Source: Trichosphaerium sp. ATCC 40318 (taxonomy: Eukaryota; Protista; Tubulinea). Taken from it: a stretch of 64,000 bases of DNA. This document shows positions 24,139 through 37,527 of this stretch, one piece after another. The position numbers and the translations under genes are program-made. Position 1 is the stretch's first letter; each line of letters begins with the position of its first letter. The stretch is from assembly GCA_038496445.1 (NCBI GenBank), contig JALMLS010000030.1, forward strand, positions 124,001-188,000, in the 5' to 3' direction. The notes beneath the pieces were generated by a model. That model saw only the letters and a list, made by a program, of their open reading frames with translations, was not told where the DNA came from and made no database searches.

Positions 24139-27100
24139 TCGGCTTACTGAGAAAATACAAACGAATTTACCATTCAATCAAGTATTATGTTACAGCAAAC
24201 AAGCGTTTTGAAGCTATAGTCGTAGCTCTACTGATGACAAGTCTTATGTACTTGCATCAAATTTATAACGAATAGTATCAACAACTCCACACTGTCACAA
24301 GCTTTTGAAAGTTGATCAGTGAGTAATTATACCACTTCTAAGACGAAGAGATATCTATGTGCAAGTTAATGCCTAACGCCTTCTTTAAATGATCTGTAAT
24401 CTTCTATTTCAAACACCAACGCCGACACCAGACCAAAAGCAGCAAGTCACAGCAAACACCCCCAAAAATATGTAAATAAGACTTTTTATACTACAATTGT
24501 ATACACATGGAGTCCCTCTCTGCACATTAACACTCTCGAGACAGTGAACTTTGTTTCATCTGACGCCTAATAACAAACAGTTGCGAATCTTCCTACTACT
24601 ATTACATATTAATCCTAACGTATTAACAATACAATGCAGTCCAATCGTAATAACAACAAACATATGAGAGTGTTTTCATTGAATAGCGCATCGGGTATTC
24701 ATCGGACAAACTTTAAGCATCACGTGACACACTTGTCAGTATTCAATGAATCAAATCCTCGAGACTTCTCGTCAAACCTTTCATTTAGAACATTCGTTAT
24801 ATATTTGTCGACACGTGATTTTACGTTGTACAAACAATATTCGGAGATGTAAACGCTCCACTAACCTCTTAAAAGTCAAAAAAAAAGAGACTTCAATACT
24901 ATTGGCGAGATGTAGTACTGCGGAGCGTATAGATGAACCTAATAATGTATTTGAGCCGAACGTTAAAATGTAAACCTATAATTAAACCGTTTCTAATTTA
25001 TGTAGAAGTAGGGTGTTCTTTCAGCGCCTTTTTTGTGTTTGAGATCAAAAATCCTCGTCAAATCACGCAAAAAAACGATCCGAGATTATGCGTGATGAAG
25101 TAGTGCAGATTCGTGCGACAAAGGTGCGGCGTAGTAAAGCAAGGTAGCTTTACAATATATGTTTCTTGCAGGTTGTTTGGGATGATACAATTAGGCCCGG
25201 AGCTCACACAATGATTCACATCAAGAATGTCAATCGTGGTCAAAACCACGAATAAATTAAACAAACGAACCAAACCAACAACAGCAACAAGTGAAACATG
25301 AATAGAAGTACAATCTTAGTTGTAATATGCACGCGTACGTATAATCAGAAGGCTTCTATATTGATTTTCTGCTGTTTTTTTCTTGTTATAATGTGGGAGT
25401 AACATAATTGTCTTTCTAGTTTTTGTAATGGCATTTGCCCAGTATGAACCTGAGATTTGTGATAGATGCTTGGACTGTAATATCACACCCTGCTTTAATG
25501 CAGGAGATGATTGCTATCAAAGGGTAATGGGTGGTGAGTGTTGGAGAATAGGAACCGACCATGTAGATAGAAACAGTACGTGCGGTTTTTTGTTTGTTTT
25601 TGAATTATATTAAATCAACATCACGTGGCTACGGTTTTGGTATTTTATAAGACTAAGTGCTTTATTTGTTGTTTCTGATACATTTATGCAAGTCGATATG
25701 GAAAGGGATTTATCATATCCTTGTATTTTTATCGAGCCGGGTGTTCAATTTTATGGCACCATTACTGGAACGAATGGGGATGACTGTCTCATCCTTGAAG
25801 AGGGTGCCGAGCTGTATTCACAAGTAGATCTAAAAGGAGGGAATGACTATGTATTAATGGCACCAGGTAGTTACCACGACGGAGACATGGTAATGGGTAC
25901 GTTACTTGCGTTGCTGCTTTAGTGTTTTTTGTGTTTTTGAACACAGAATATAACCTTTTGATACAGGAGGTGGTGATGATTGTCATATTGGTATAGTTTA
26001 TCAAACAGGTGATATAAATACAGGATCTGGAAATGATGCTATTTTTTCTTTTGGGCGTGCTTTAGGGTAAAGTATTTTTATTGTTCATCATAACCAAGTT
26101 GCTAATATTGTACCTTTAGGAATGAAGAATTCCGTATGGGAAGTGGTGATGATTGTTTGCTATTTAATATTGATCCTGGTCTCCTTGAACCATCTGGTAA
26201 GAAGAAAAGAGATGGAAGTATGACATTACGTGACTTGGGTGCTAGTACGTTTTCTTTCTTTTTTTTTTTTTTTTGGCGTTTTTCATGAAGAAACAAAATC
26301 ACTGTCTTCAATTAACGTTTGTTTTCTTTCTTCATGTACTAAGACACCTTTCCATAGTTGCTCAAGACGATTCCCCTATGGATAATTATTTCAGGATGAT
26401 GATCAAAGAAGGACTAAATTATCAACAACAAAACAGTAAACGAAATGAGGAACTAAGAATTAAAAATAATAATACCAAACCTGCTCATAAACGTTCCACT
26501 GAGGGAGGTACTGGCATTGGTGATGTTTTTCTTAATGCTGGAAATGATTGCGTACTATATACTGATATGGCCGTCTTTGGACAAACAAGAGGTATGCACA
26601 GACATATATTCTTAATTTTTTCTTATCATGTAAAAAAAAAACCTTTTGTGTTCTCTACAGTTCCATACATTCACATCATACATTTTTACCCTTAAAAAAA
26701 ACACTTTTTTTGAATAAGCAACCTAAAAAGCAAGGCGTTTCTGTGGTGGGGGTTAAAAAAAAGCGAAGAATTTGAAGTGTAACATTTGAAATCACTTTTT
26801 CAAAATACTCTCTCCAAAGTTTACTAGCCATATTCATTCTACTGTGTAATTATGAGTTAAGACTTTATTTAGCGGGAAGCGGAGATGATTGTGTTCAGGG
26901 ATATGATTTTGTATTGGGTGACAACATCATTGCTGGGTCAGGTGATGATGTTATAGATATTTTGGACTGGGGTATTATCTACAACGATAATTTACGTTTC
27001 CTTGGTGGTTTAGGAGATGATACTATTTTTGTTCGTATTGATAACTATCCGCCACCTACTCGTCGCCACGAGATTAACGGAGGAGGTGATACAGATTTTT

Positions 27101-27480
27101 GTTGCAGCAGATATTTCGCACCAACAACGGACCCAACAACAGCGCCAGTTAAGAGACAGGAAGGATATGGTGGTCCTCCTATGGCTGTTGATATCATAAG
27201 AGGATGTGAAGAGCTTTGTACTATGCCTACATCTACACCTACGCCTCCTTGATTCTAGCTTTTTTTTTGTTTTCTCTTTGACTTGATTTTTTACAGACTT
27301 GTTAGTTGTCAAACAAAAAAATCTGCAACATAGATAAAATAAAACGTTTTACATATTACAACCTGGATTCCAGTACTTGTTTTGTCATTTTTGTTTTTCT
27401 GTTCATTTTGCTTCAAGAGATTATGGTGTGCAATAACTAAGAAAAAACCGAGATTGTGTCATATCTTGTTTTTTTGCTTA
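24139..27480 (+). repeat. Left arm of ~3 kb inverted segmental duplication (partner 38076-41029)
   Basis: Near-identical reverse complement from TCGGCTTACT..GAGAAAATACAAACG to ..CCGAGATTGT..TATCTTGTTTT; left arm has two extra ~160-bp blocks (~25085-25245, ~26640-26800). Confidence 0.95.
25298..27252 (+). CDS. Secreted Cys-containing protein with RTX/hemolysin-type Ca-binding repeats, copy A
   Basis: Signal peptide MNRSTILVVICTLFVMAFA; GTNGDDCL, GGNDYV, GGGDDCH, GSGNDAI, GSGDDCL, AGNDCV, GSGDDCV, AGSGDDVI, GGLGDDTI, NGGGDTDFC; 7 exons. Confidence 0.8.
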
Positions 27481-27632
27481 TCTCTTACAGAGGTATTACT
27501 CCAAACAATTGTTTTGTACATTTTAATTTAATTTATTACAGAAAAAAAAAAGAGAATTGTAATCTTCTACATCGCGATAAAGACTTCTTTTCTACCAAGT
27601 TCCAGATCCAAAGAACAAAGGTTATTGTCTCT

Positions 27633-30600
27633 CTAGTGCTTAAACATCTGCGAAAGCTTAGACTTAGAAAGAGACCGTACACTCAATCGAACATCCTCTA
27701 GAGGTTGTTTTGTTGAGTACGTTACAATGTACGTTGGTAATATCTGTTCTTCCTAAAAAGAGCACGTGGTTAGAAAGGCTGACACAATAGTCATTCATTT
27801 CGTATTTATTTTTGGCTTTTTTGCCACGTGATCAAATAATAAAATCACGTAATAACAATTCCAACGAAAGAAAAAAGCAAAAAAAATTTACTAGTCTTTT
27901 TTTGATGTTTTTTTTTTCCTCTATGTTAAGGACTGTGAGTAGAGATATGTACCTGCGTAATAAATATGCCATCAAATGTTGGTACTTTCTTTATAGAATC
28001 TATAGGCACATGAACATTTCTCTTTTTATACAAAGGCAGATAATGTGCATCAAAGTCATTGATTTTAAGTTTATCTTCTTTTAATCTCCTTATATCTGCT
28101 TCAGTCATCGGAAGCAGCTAAAAAACGATGAGAGTGTATCTTTAAAAACTTGGATCATGATGATTACGTACGTTACTAACAGCTAAGAAACATAATAGTA
28201 GAATACCTTGGTTATCTAACCTAGCAGCATAATCTGCTTGAGGTGTAACATAAATACCACTACCATAATGAACTAAGAAACGTCAGTATTGTTTATCACG
28301 TACGCATTGCCATTAATGCTCTAATAATTTACCTGACTCAGAAACAGACAAACCAGCCGCTGCAATAAGAGGAATTTGGTCTTTCCTACAAAAGACAAAG
28401 AATCAGCACTGAAGACATCGAAATAAAAGAGCAACAAGAAGTTTGGTTTGTTGTTGAACTCAACATTAACTCTTTGTTCAAAGATATACGTACTTGACAG
28501 CATACCATACTGGTATTATAGTGACATTATTATGTGGTGCATATGTAAAATTTGAAAACCGTTTAAGTAACTTTGCACGTAGCTTTGCGCTACCTAAAGG
28601 TGATGCAGGAGGTGTTTTTTTATCTGAAACACGAATCGAAAGACGTTCAAGTTTTGTTTCGAAACTTTCTCTCAACTTATCATTACGTAAAGCCTAACAT
28701 ATTAAATGTTTAGTACATGCCAATCAAACAAAAAAAAAACTTTTTTCTGAAAAAGTCACGTGGTGGTGGAAGAGAGCAAAAAAAGTTGAACTTGCCTCGA
28801 TTTTTTCAATCGTAAAATTACGAGCGACAGCAATATCAGCAATGTGCTCATAGAAGATATCTTCGACAAGCTGACATTGCTCAACCACACTACTACTATT
28901 ATTACTACGCTTAATTTCAAGCGTATTATAATGCTCAGTCTTAACCCATCCTTTACGTTTGAGTATCTTTTTAGGGAAACGCCAAGGTGTTGGCATATTT
29001 CTATTTCTATCAACTTGCTTAGCTAATTGATTATCTATAAGTTTAGCTATTTCTTTATTGCCTGTCACGTGATATTAGTATATTGATATAATCATATTGT
29101 AAAGTACCTTTCTTTCTAGCATCATCAGAAGCTGTATCACCGAGTCTGTTACGAGAAATGGCGATATTGTTCTCAAGTAAGAATTTACAAACTTTTAAAT
29201 GTCCACCCCAAGCAGCTCCTTAATAAACTCATGTAAGTTTACATGTATTATAAAAATATCTTGTCGTACCATGCAAAGCAGTTGATCCGTGAATTTGTAC
29301 ATGATTAATATTTGCTCCAAGTTTAAGTAATTGTTTAACAATTAACATTTGTCCATGTCTTGCAGCACTATAAAGAATGGAACTTCCAAAATGATTTGGA
29401 TCACCAGCATCAATAGGACCACCTACACATGACCATAAACATTTATAATAAGGAACGCTATCACTCTTACCTTGATTTATCCAAGACATAGTCATAGATA
29501 CATTACCCGTCATGGCAGCTTTCCATGGATTGATGCCTTAACAAGGTTATTAAGTAGGGCTTTTTTTGGTTTATGCGCTTACCGGTGCTCTTTTCTACGT
29601 CTTCTGCAGATAGAAATGACTCTTCTACTCTTCCTGTATGATCTATACTTCTCTTACGAGAAGGTAATGGTACTCTACATCCTACAGACCTAGAAGATCC
29701 TCTAACTGATTTACCATGCCATTCTTTGTTCATATTTTTTTTAAGTTTAGATACAATCTTCTTTGCTGTAGGTCGACAAAAAGGATCACGTTGCCAGCAC
29801 TTTTTAATAAGTTTGACATAAAAATCAGGCCAAAGTCTTTCAGGTATTGATGGCCTTAGATCCTGGTATATTATTGCATCAACAAGCTTTAACTTGTCCC
29901 AGGTTTCTTTATATGCCATACCCTTTTCTTCATCCCAAAGAATTCCACTCTTACCTAAAATACTCGGTTAGTATTCCGCACAATATACACAATATACTGT
30001 ACCTCTTGACTTATATGAATCGTAATCAGACTTCGATACTTGTTGTCTATTCACATACTCCTCAAATTCCGAAAAAGGGTCTTGGCTGAAAAACTCAAGT
30101 TAGACGAACACAAGAAAGGTTTGTTGAATAGTGTACCATGTCATTAGCTCCCACAATAAAATACCAAAGCTATACATATCGCTTCGTTCATCGTAATGTG
30201 CTGCTGTAGGATCAATCACTTCAGGAGCCAAATAAGTGAATGACAGAAGCAACTCGCAAAGTGCAGGTCTCGTTTGAGCAGCTAAGAAAATTTTAAGAAA
30301 AAAGTCCTGGACGCTAAAACAATCTTCGTAATACCTAATCCAAAGTCTCCAATGATTGCATTTCTTTCAGCAGATGGATCAAGAGAAGTCACCTACACAA
30401 ATATTAGAAACAAGAAGAAAAACGTCCAGAAAAGTAGTCATACAAAAATATTTGCTGGTTTCAAGTCTCTGTGTGCTATAGGAGGTCGTAGTGTATGTAG
30501 ATGGTTCAAACCACGTGCAACATTAAGTGCAATCTTAATTTGAAGTTCCCAAGATAAATTACCCTTTAAAGAGAAGAAAAGTAAGCTTAAACCTGTGCTA

Positions 30601-33506
30601 TTATTTTTTTCCTACTTTTTTCAAATGATGATCGAGTGATTTATCAGGCATGTACTCTATGACCATCCTCAGTGGATTCTTGGTAACACCAATTAGTGAG
30701 ATAAGGTTAGGATGTTCCATAAAACTATAAACATATGAGTATAATATATAAAAAAGAAAAGGAGCACCTCGTCAAGTACGACTCATGTTGGAAAGCTAAA
30801 AATTTGTTCAAAAATTCCTCGTTCTCATCACGTTGATGTAACTCCTTTAGTGCAACAGAATTTTCCCCGATTTTACCCTTATAAACTTTACCAAATCCTC
30901 CTAATCGAGGAAATCAATAAGTGTAATTAAGCAACTGTTTAACAAACCTTGTCCAAGCACCTCCATAATTTCTACATTATCAATTGCTTTAGTATAAGCA
31001 AAGTCCATGTCTGGCGCTACTTCTATAAGACTCACAGCGCCTATGGTACACTCTTAGAATCGAACACGACTAGTAATTTTTACCTTGTGCAGCAGCGAAA
31101 GTATATTCTCCACGCATCACTGCACCAAGACAGACACTGAAAGGAACAAACTAGAAAAAAATGTTATAAAAAGTAATAGGTGACGGATTGTTTGCAATTA
31201 CCTGGTTTGCTACAAGTACTTCTCTTGAAACACGATTACTCAAGTGTCCGTAATGAAGCGTTATTAGCTGTTCAATACCATGAGCAATCTCAGTGAATAA
31301 GTCTATATCGCCAGTTTCACCAAGACCACTTAATAAAAAAATGAGGTTAAGCTATATTTTTTGTCTTTTAAGGCCTAAAGAACAACCCACTTACGAATCA
31401 CGTTTTCTTATAACATCAATCCATAAATTACGTTTCTTTTTAATATTACCCGTCGTGTATGATATTATAGCATGTTGCCTATTTAAAGAGAATAAACAAG
31501 AAATCTGGTACCGAAAAAAAAACTTTTTTTTTCCGTACTGGTTACTTATCTCAGCTTCCATATAATTTGCAAAAACTTGGGGTGCATTAACACCAGGTAT
31601 ATTATGTACTTTTGCTAAAATCCTTTCAAAAAAAGCGAAAGGGTATGCCGAAAACTCATATCTTCGGCCCCATCTATAATACTTTTTCATACTTACTTCC
31701 TATTTTAGGCAAAAGTAATTAATTAACCGATTCCTTTTTTTTTTGGACGTCACTTACTTCGTGTTCTTTGAATACATCCGTAAAGTCATTTCTATGCGGT
31801 AAAAATGTTGGTACAAGATACGATACTATCGAACCATTAACACGTGGTAGCGGGTATATAAGTTCGAATCTATCAAGTAACAGCAACATAGGTAGTTGTA
31901 AGGACTCTGGAACCCGTACACGGACTTCCTCCTAGCAAGAAACTATTAATTTCCGTTCATTTTTTTCGATCAAAGAAATGACTTACAAAAATGTCATCTG
32001 TCAAAGCTTGACCATTACTAACAATCCTCGAAATCGGTTTTATAAAATTAGTAACCAATCTAAAAATATAAAATCAACTGAAGATAACCATAGGTGAGAG
32101 CGAAGTAACAAAATAAATACCTTGGATCAACAATAACAATATTCTTCAACCGAATATCTGATTTAAAATGAAGAATAATGCCATGATCATTAAGAAAATC
32201 CGCTGCCTAGTAAGGTACCATAAGCGATTAGTGAAATGGTACAAGCTAATAACGTACTAGTTCAACTTCATCCTCAGCAAAATTAAGTTGATTCGTTAGA
32301 GTCTCAAATTGTTCATAAGTCATATAAAGAGTAGTTTTCCTCATCTCTATGACTTCTTCCATTAATCTTTTAAAGCGAACTGGCTTGCTCCCTCTTAAAC
32401 GTCTTTTGGAAACAACCTACCAAACACAAAAACGTGATCAGCACGCATACACACACAGAGGCCAAAAAACACCAAAGAAAAAAAACCGTACTGTGTTTAG
32501 TTTGTCTTTAAACTCATGTAAAATTTGAACTGCATCTCTTTTTTTAGTGGCACAATTCAAAACAACACAGTCAGTTATTGACTGTACTTTGAAATAAGAT
32601 TTAAGAGTATCACATGATTCAATTGCATCCTTTCTATTGACCTATACAATCACATAAGAACGTCAGAACACAACAACCAACCTTTCCAAAAAAAAAGAAA
32701 AAAAAAGCATTATTCTACTGTAAATCAATAACAAATAACCCTCGAATGGACTTTTGTCGCTGTAGAACGCGTTGGCAAGGTTTTCACGCAAAAATTCGTT
32801 GATTTTTTGTTACTTTCGAAATCTGTTTTCAGACGTTATGTACCTCATCGAAATGAGTCCCTACTAAGAATATAGGCGCATATTTTTGTCTAGAGCGTAT
32901 TGATTTTACCCAATAGTCCAAATGATGCGGGTTTGGGTCACGTAAGCTAAAAACGATAGTATAAATGCTGACGCTGCTTAGAACCTAAAGAGAGTATTAA
33001 AGAAAGAAGAAAAAAATAAAATGTCAAATACGGACTATTTAAACAAAAAGGTTACGGATTGCTACAATTATCCGTTTATGGCGAAGTAGTATGTATTTTA
33101 TTACAAAGATAGCGTTTAAACGTACGAATTGGTGCGTAGAGTAAAGTAAATCTGCTGAAAAGTCCCACACTTCCCATTCAACCTTGTTGGAGCGTCAATG
33201 GTATTTGTAAGCGTCATGGCGTACATTAGGTCCTGTAACGGTTTGAACGTGAATGCCATCGTTTTTAGGAGAAGAGGACGTTTCGTACGCGCTACCAGGC
33301 ACTTCTGTTGCAAAGAAAGAAGCAAACTGAGATTTTCCTAAAAGTTTTTTTTAACTTGTTGCTCAAACATGCTATGCAACACGCGTTTATACGCTACAGT
33401 GCTATATGATGGGATTTTTGAGTGCATAAGGCGAGAACAACGCACCAACTTGCCGGTGACCCAATATTATCAGGTTTACTCTGTTAATAGTAGCGTTTTC
33501 CTCCAT
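27633..33506 (-). CDS. Roco-family protein: Roc GTPase, COR, protein kinase, ankyrin repeats, degenerate PARP-like ADP-ribosyltransferase domain
   Basis: Roc: LIILGHRQVGKS, VWDFSA..YSTHQF, IFLVGTHFD; COR: FLNDHGIILHF..IVDPR, YLVPTFLP, YPFAFFERIL; kinase: LGQGGFGKVY, VALKE, HRDLKPAN, GDFGL, YLAPE, SDMYSFG; ANK: LYSAARHG, GSTALHGAAWGGH; ART: YGSGIYVTPQADYA..QILPTYIVTY. Confidence 0.85.
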
Positions 33507-33786
33507 TAAGAGCCAAAATAGTGGTGAGCGTTCTAAAACACTAACAGCCTACTAAAAAAACAAAAGAGCAAAGAGCACTGCCACACCTCTTGTGAGGATT
33601 GCGTGATTGTTGTACGGGGTAAGAAAAGTCAATACAAAAAAAAAACGGCGAATGACGTCTTTTTGCTTTTTGTTCTATTTTTTTCACGTTTTTCTGTCCT
33701 TCAGAGTAAAGCAACATACAAAGCTATTAGCTAATAATAAACCCAATTCAGCTAACACTATTTTGACACCCAACTAAGAAGGAATA

Positions 33787-34277
33787 ATGGAAGACAAGCT
33801 GAAAGAGTCTGATAAGTATAAGAATGATCTATTGAGGGATCAACAAGCTGTTACTGATAAGTTATTTGCCGAAGCTGTTGCTCCAGATAATATGCGTAAC
33901 GACTCATTTTTTAAATACGCCATACAAAGGCCGCCATTGTTCTTGGGTACGCCGTTAAAGTGTATTAAGAGTAATAATACTTGTCTAGGCATTGGTTTAG
34001 CGCTTACTGCGTTTGGTTGGTCCACATCGCTTTTTTTTAGAGGTTTACCTGCGTCAACTCCAACAATACTATGGATGCGCGCGTCTGGCATGTACGGATT
34101 AATTCTGTAATTTACGAAGTGTCATTAAAATCATATAGTACGCTCGTTCTAGGCTCATCGTTTATATATTCGGTAATAGAGAGCGATGAGTATAAAAGAG
34201 AGGTAAAAATTGCTCTTGATGAAAGAGATAGACTACGAGCAATAGAAAAGCAAAAAACACAAACTACTCGGCTGTAA
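33787..34277 (+). CDS. Small membrane protein, possibly HIG1/Rcf1-like
   Basis: 3 exons; FFKYAIQRPPLFLGIGLALTAFG..FFRG..WMRASGTLVLG resembles the HIG1 two-helix pattern. Confidence 0.4.
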
Positions 34278-34664
34278 CAGAGCAACTATGTCAAAAAATG
34301 AAAAAAAACCAAAAAACTGTCTAAATTCTTGCCAACCGATTTTGGCATCTGTACGCTATTGTATTTAATAAACAAACATCACTAGTTAGTCTACCTTATT
34401 TACTGATAACTTGGAGAGGACTTGGGACACCTCTCATTCCAGAACAAACGCCCAGAACTGAACAATGCAAAAAAATCTTCACAGCTGTTGCAAAAGAGTA
34501 TACCTAATACATATAATGAATATTGCAAGGGTCTGTGTTATGTTAACAGTATCTATCTCTTGATTGGCAGAATTCCACGTGTGGCTTAAGATAGCCCAGT
34601 TTCTGGTCTTTTTTAATTTAGACGCCGACTTCATTTTCCATACAACGAGTATTAATAATAAAGC

Positions 34665-35230
34665 ATGTCCCAGCTTCCTGTGGTAGTATTACCTCAATGT
34701 AAAGTTTCAAAACCAGAATCACGTGTTACGCGATCTCATACATCACGTGGGTTTACTAAAAAGAAAAGGTGACTCCGCTAGTTGTTTTGTTCCGAAAACT
34801 GTTAATTTGTTAAGCATAGGCGACACAGACGACGTCCTACATACCCGCCACCACGTTCGAGGGATAGTAGGCACATCAGATCCCTTGCGAACAAATATAA
34901 CGATGATCACGAGACAGAAGCAACAGAACCTACATTTAGCTTACGTAACGTGTATGATGCGCTTCCTGACCCAAATTCGGCTGTGATACCACGTGATATT
35001 AGACAATCAAGACCATTGAACCCAAAAGCAAAAAGGAGGCATACTCATCACCGCACTAGGTCTCACAGCTATAGTATAGCACTGGAACCATGTTTAGGCT
35101 CAGACAGTCCAGTCTTGAGGTAACAACTTGTTTTGTTGTTTAGCTGGTGCGACTCAATACTAACTACTATTCCAGGCGCTCTGTTTATTTAAAGTACAAC
35201 AGTTCAAAGAAGGAAGAAGGACATCAGTAG
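34665..35230 (+). CDS. Small basic low-complexity hypothetical protein
   Basis: Three exons join in frame with GT-AG introns: MSQLPVV..TKKKR/RHRRRPTYPPPRSR..SPVLR/RSVYLKY..EGHQ*. Confidence 0.5.
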
Positions 35231-35467
35231 GCCAATTTTGCATCGGTTTTTTCATTGTACACTACGTTGATTTCTAAGTGCATAGCGTTGCACAAGGATT
35301 GCCCAAATACACCATAATATGCCTATATTAGTTCTGTTATTCTCTAGCTATATGTTTATAAAATGCAATTCACTAATGAAGTTTCAAAACGCCGATACTG
35401 GACTGCGAATGAAAAACATCATAAAAATGTTGAGCAGAAAAGAAAAAGGATTGACTTTTCAGTTATT

Positions 35468-37487
35468 ATGAGCAATCTTTACGTCAACAGGCCTTCATGG
35501 GCTAATATTCCGCTATCTAACTTACAACAAACACATACAAAAGGTATTCTAGGCAGACAGCGTTTTACAATCCGCCATAACTTTTCCTTTTGCTAAAATG
35601 GACTAGAACAGCTTTCAGATGCTAATATACTACCTATTACATACAATGACCTTATTCATGACGTATTAACGGCCGAACAAGTACAACATTTCAAAGACGA
35701 CGGTTACCTTGTATGACTTAACTCGATTGTCGCTATTAAAACCGTCTTAACTTCTTTCGTAGGTTGTTCATGATGCGCTCAATAACGATCAGTGTAATGT
35801 AGTTATAGATGCATTAATAGATGCACTAAACAAAACAATGCTGAAAGAAGAGGAGTTTAAATTAAGTCGAGAAGATTACTCAACATTTGACATTTTGACA
35901 CATCCAAAACTTCGCAAAGAAAAGCTCAAAAACCCTGATGCGGTGTACTCTACAAAGAGAAAAGGGAAATGGAAGACACTAGAAATAGGTACTTTGACAT
36001 ACTCAGTAAAATCTAACCCACGTGATTGATAACAGGCACAGCTGGAATGACAAATTTCTTCTTTTTGCCAAGTGCAATGGTTTTAAAGTACAACAAAACG
36101 ACATACAACACCTTGCGCCAGCTTTATGGTGCTACTGATGTATGTGTATCTAAATTATCTCATATCTTGTTTAATCATTTTTAATAGTTGCATATGGCAA
36201 TGGAACGTCTTGGTGTAAAGGCCAATGGAGACAATAAAATGAGACTGCACATGGATGTAAACTTATTTTCTGTATGTTTTTTTTTCCTTTGGACTTTTCG
36301 ACTTTCTTCTTTGTTGGTTAATTCTCTTGTTCAGGATTTTGATCCGTTAACACGTATTCAATCTCTTTTGACTCTTGAAATTGATAAGGACTCTCCACCA
36401 GTAAGTTCTGGTACTCTTGCAGTAATTCCTGGATTCCAACACTATATTGGAGTGGCACGTGCTTTGATGCACCCTAAAACAGGTACAATAAATCAAAGAA
36501 ACATTTTCTTGTACTAAACAAGCCTAAGGATACAAGGAATTACGAGTACCTTATCCAACATGTGATTTTTTTTGCCTTGACAGAAAGGATGGTAAAAAAA
36601 ACATAAATTGGGAAAAGCAACATTTACCTGTACTTAATGAGTATATTAAAATGTGGACAATGATTCAACATCAACCTCAAGATGTACCCGAGGTATGTAC
36701 ATTATGATCTCTAATCAAGCTTAAAACCTAACTTGTAACAGGCAAGGAAAGCAAGTGAAATGCAGTCTATATCAACCTTTGATAGTAAATCTTTGTGGGA
36801 ACATGCTGTTAATGCACAGCGTTCTAACCCTGGTGTAACAGTACCCAAGGAGCATAGGCTTTTACGCGTTTTACCAATAAGAGCTCAAAAAGGTGATTTG
36901 GTACTATGGTCTTGGGCTCTACCTCACAGAAATCAAATCAAGAAAAGGACGAAAGGAAAAAAAATAAGGTACAAACTTTGCGCATCTATATTATGTCTAA
37001 TTACATGTTTCAGTCCACCACGTATTTGTGCTTATATGCAATATAATAAAGTTACTGGTCCCCACGGTAGTAGATATGAAGATGTTGAATATAGGAAGAG
37101 ATTATTCAAGCAAGTATTTGGCACTGTAGGAAAAAGATATCCCGAAAATGACTTGGAAAGAAGATGGGTTATGAACGAACTTTCTGTAGAAAAATACTCT
37201 CCTCTGTTCACTCAGGTACTACTTCAATAAAGGAAAATACGTGAGTATTATATCTATGGATAGTAACACTAAAATAGGATGGATTTTATGCTCATCCAAG
37301 GACAGATAACCTACTTCTCAAAGCGCTTTTGGGTTTTGATCCAAAAACTTTTGAAGATTTTACTTGGGATGATTATCGTTCTCTCAGTGTTACACCAGTT
37401 TCCACCAAATCAAAGCGAGAAGCCCCAGGAAAGCCATTGGTAGAACATATATCAAAAAAAAGGCGAACAGAAAAACCGACCAACTAA
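35468..37487 (+). CDS. PhyH-family Fe(II)/2-oxoglutarate dioxygenase
   Basis: LTAEQVQHFKDDGYLVVHDAL start; HxD (LHMD), IQSLLTL, SGTLAVIPGF, AQKGDLVLWSWALPHRN, PRICAYM. Confidence 0.8.
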
Positions 37488-37527
37488 AATACTGAAAATG
37501 TCAACAATAACTAATAAGATTATTTTT

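Noticed and set aside
23880-25255. Exon-like fragments upstream of RTX copy A (e.g. EIMRDEVVQIRATK/VVWDDTIRPG)
   Set aside because: Frames could not be joined without stops or frameshifts, and part is deleted in the other arm; possibly a pseudogene but not supportable
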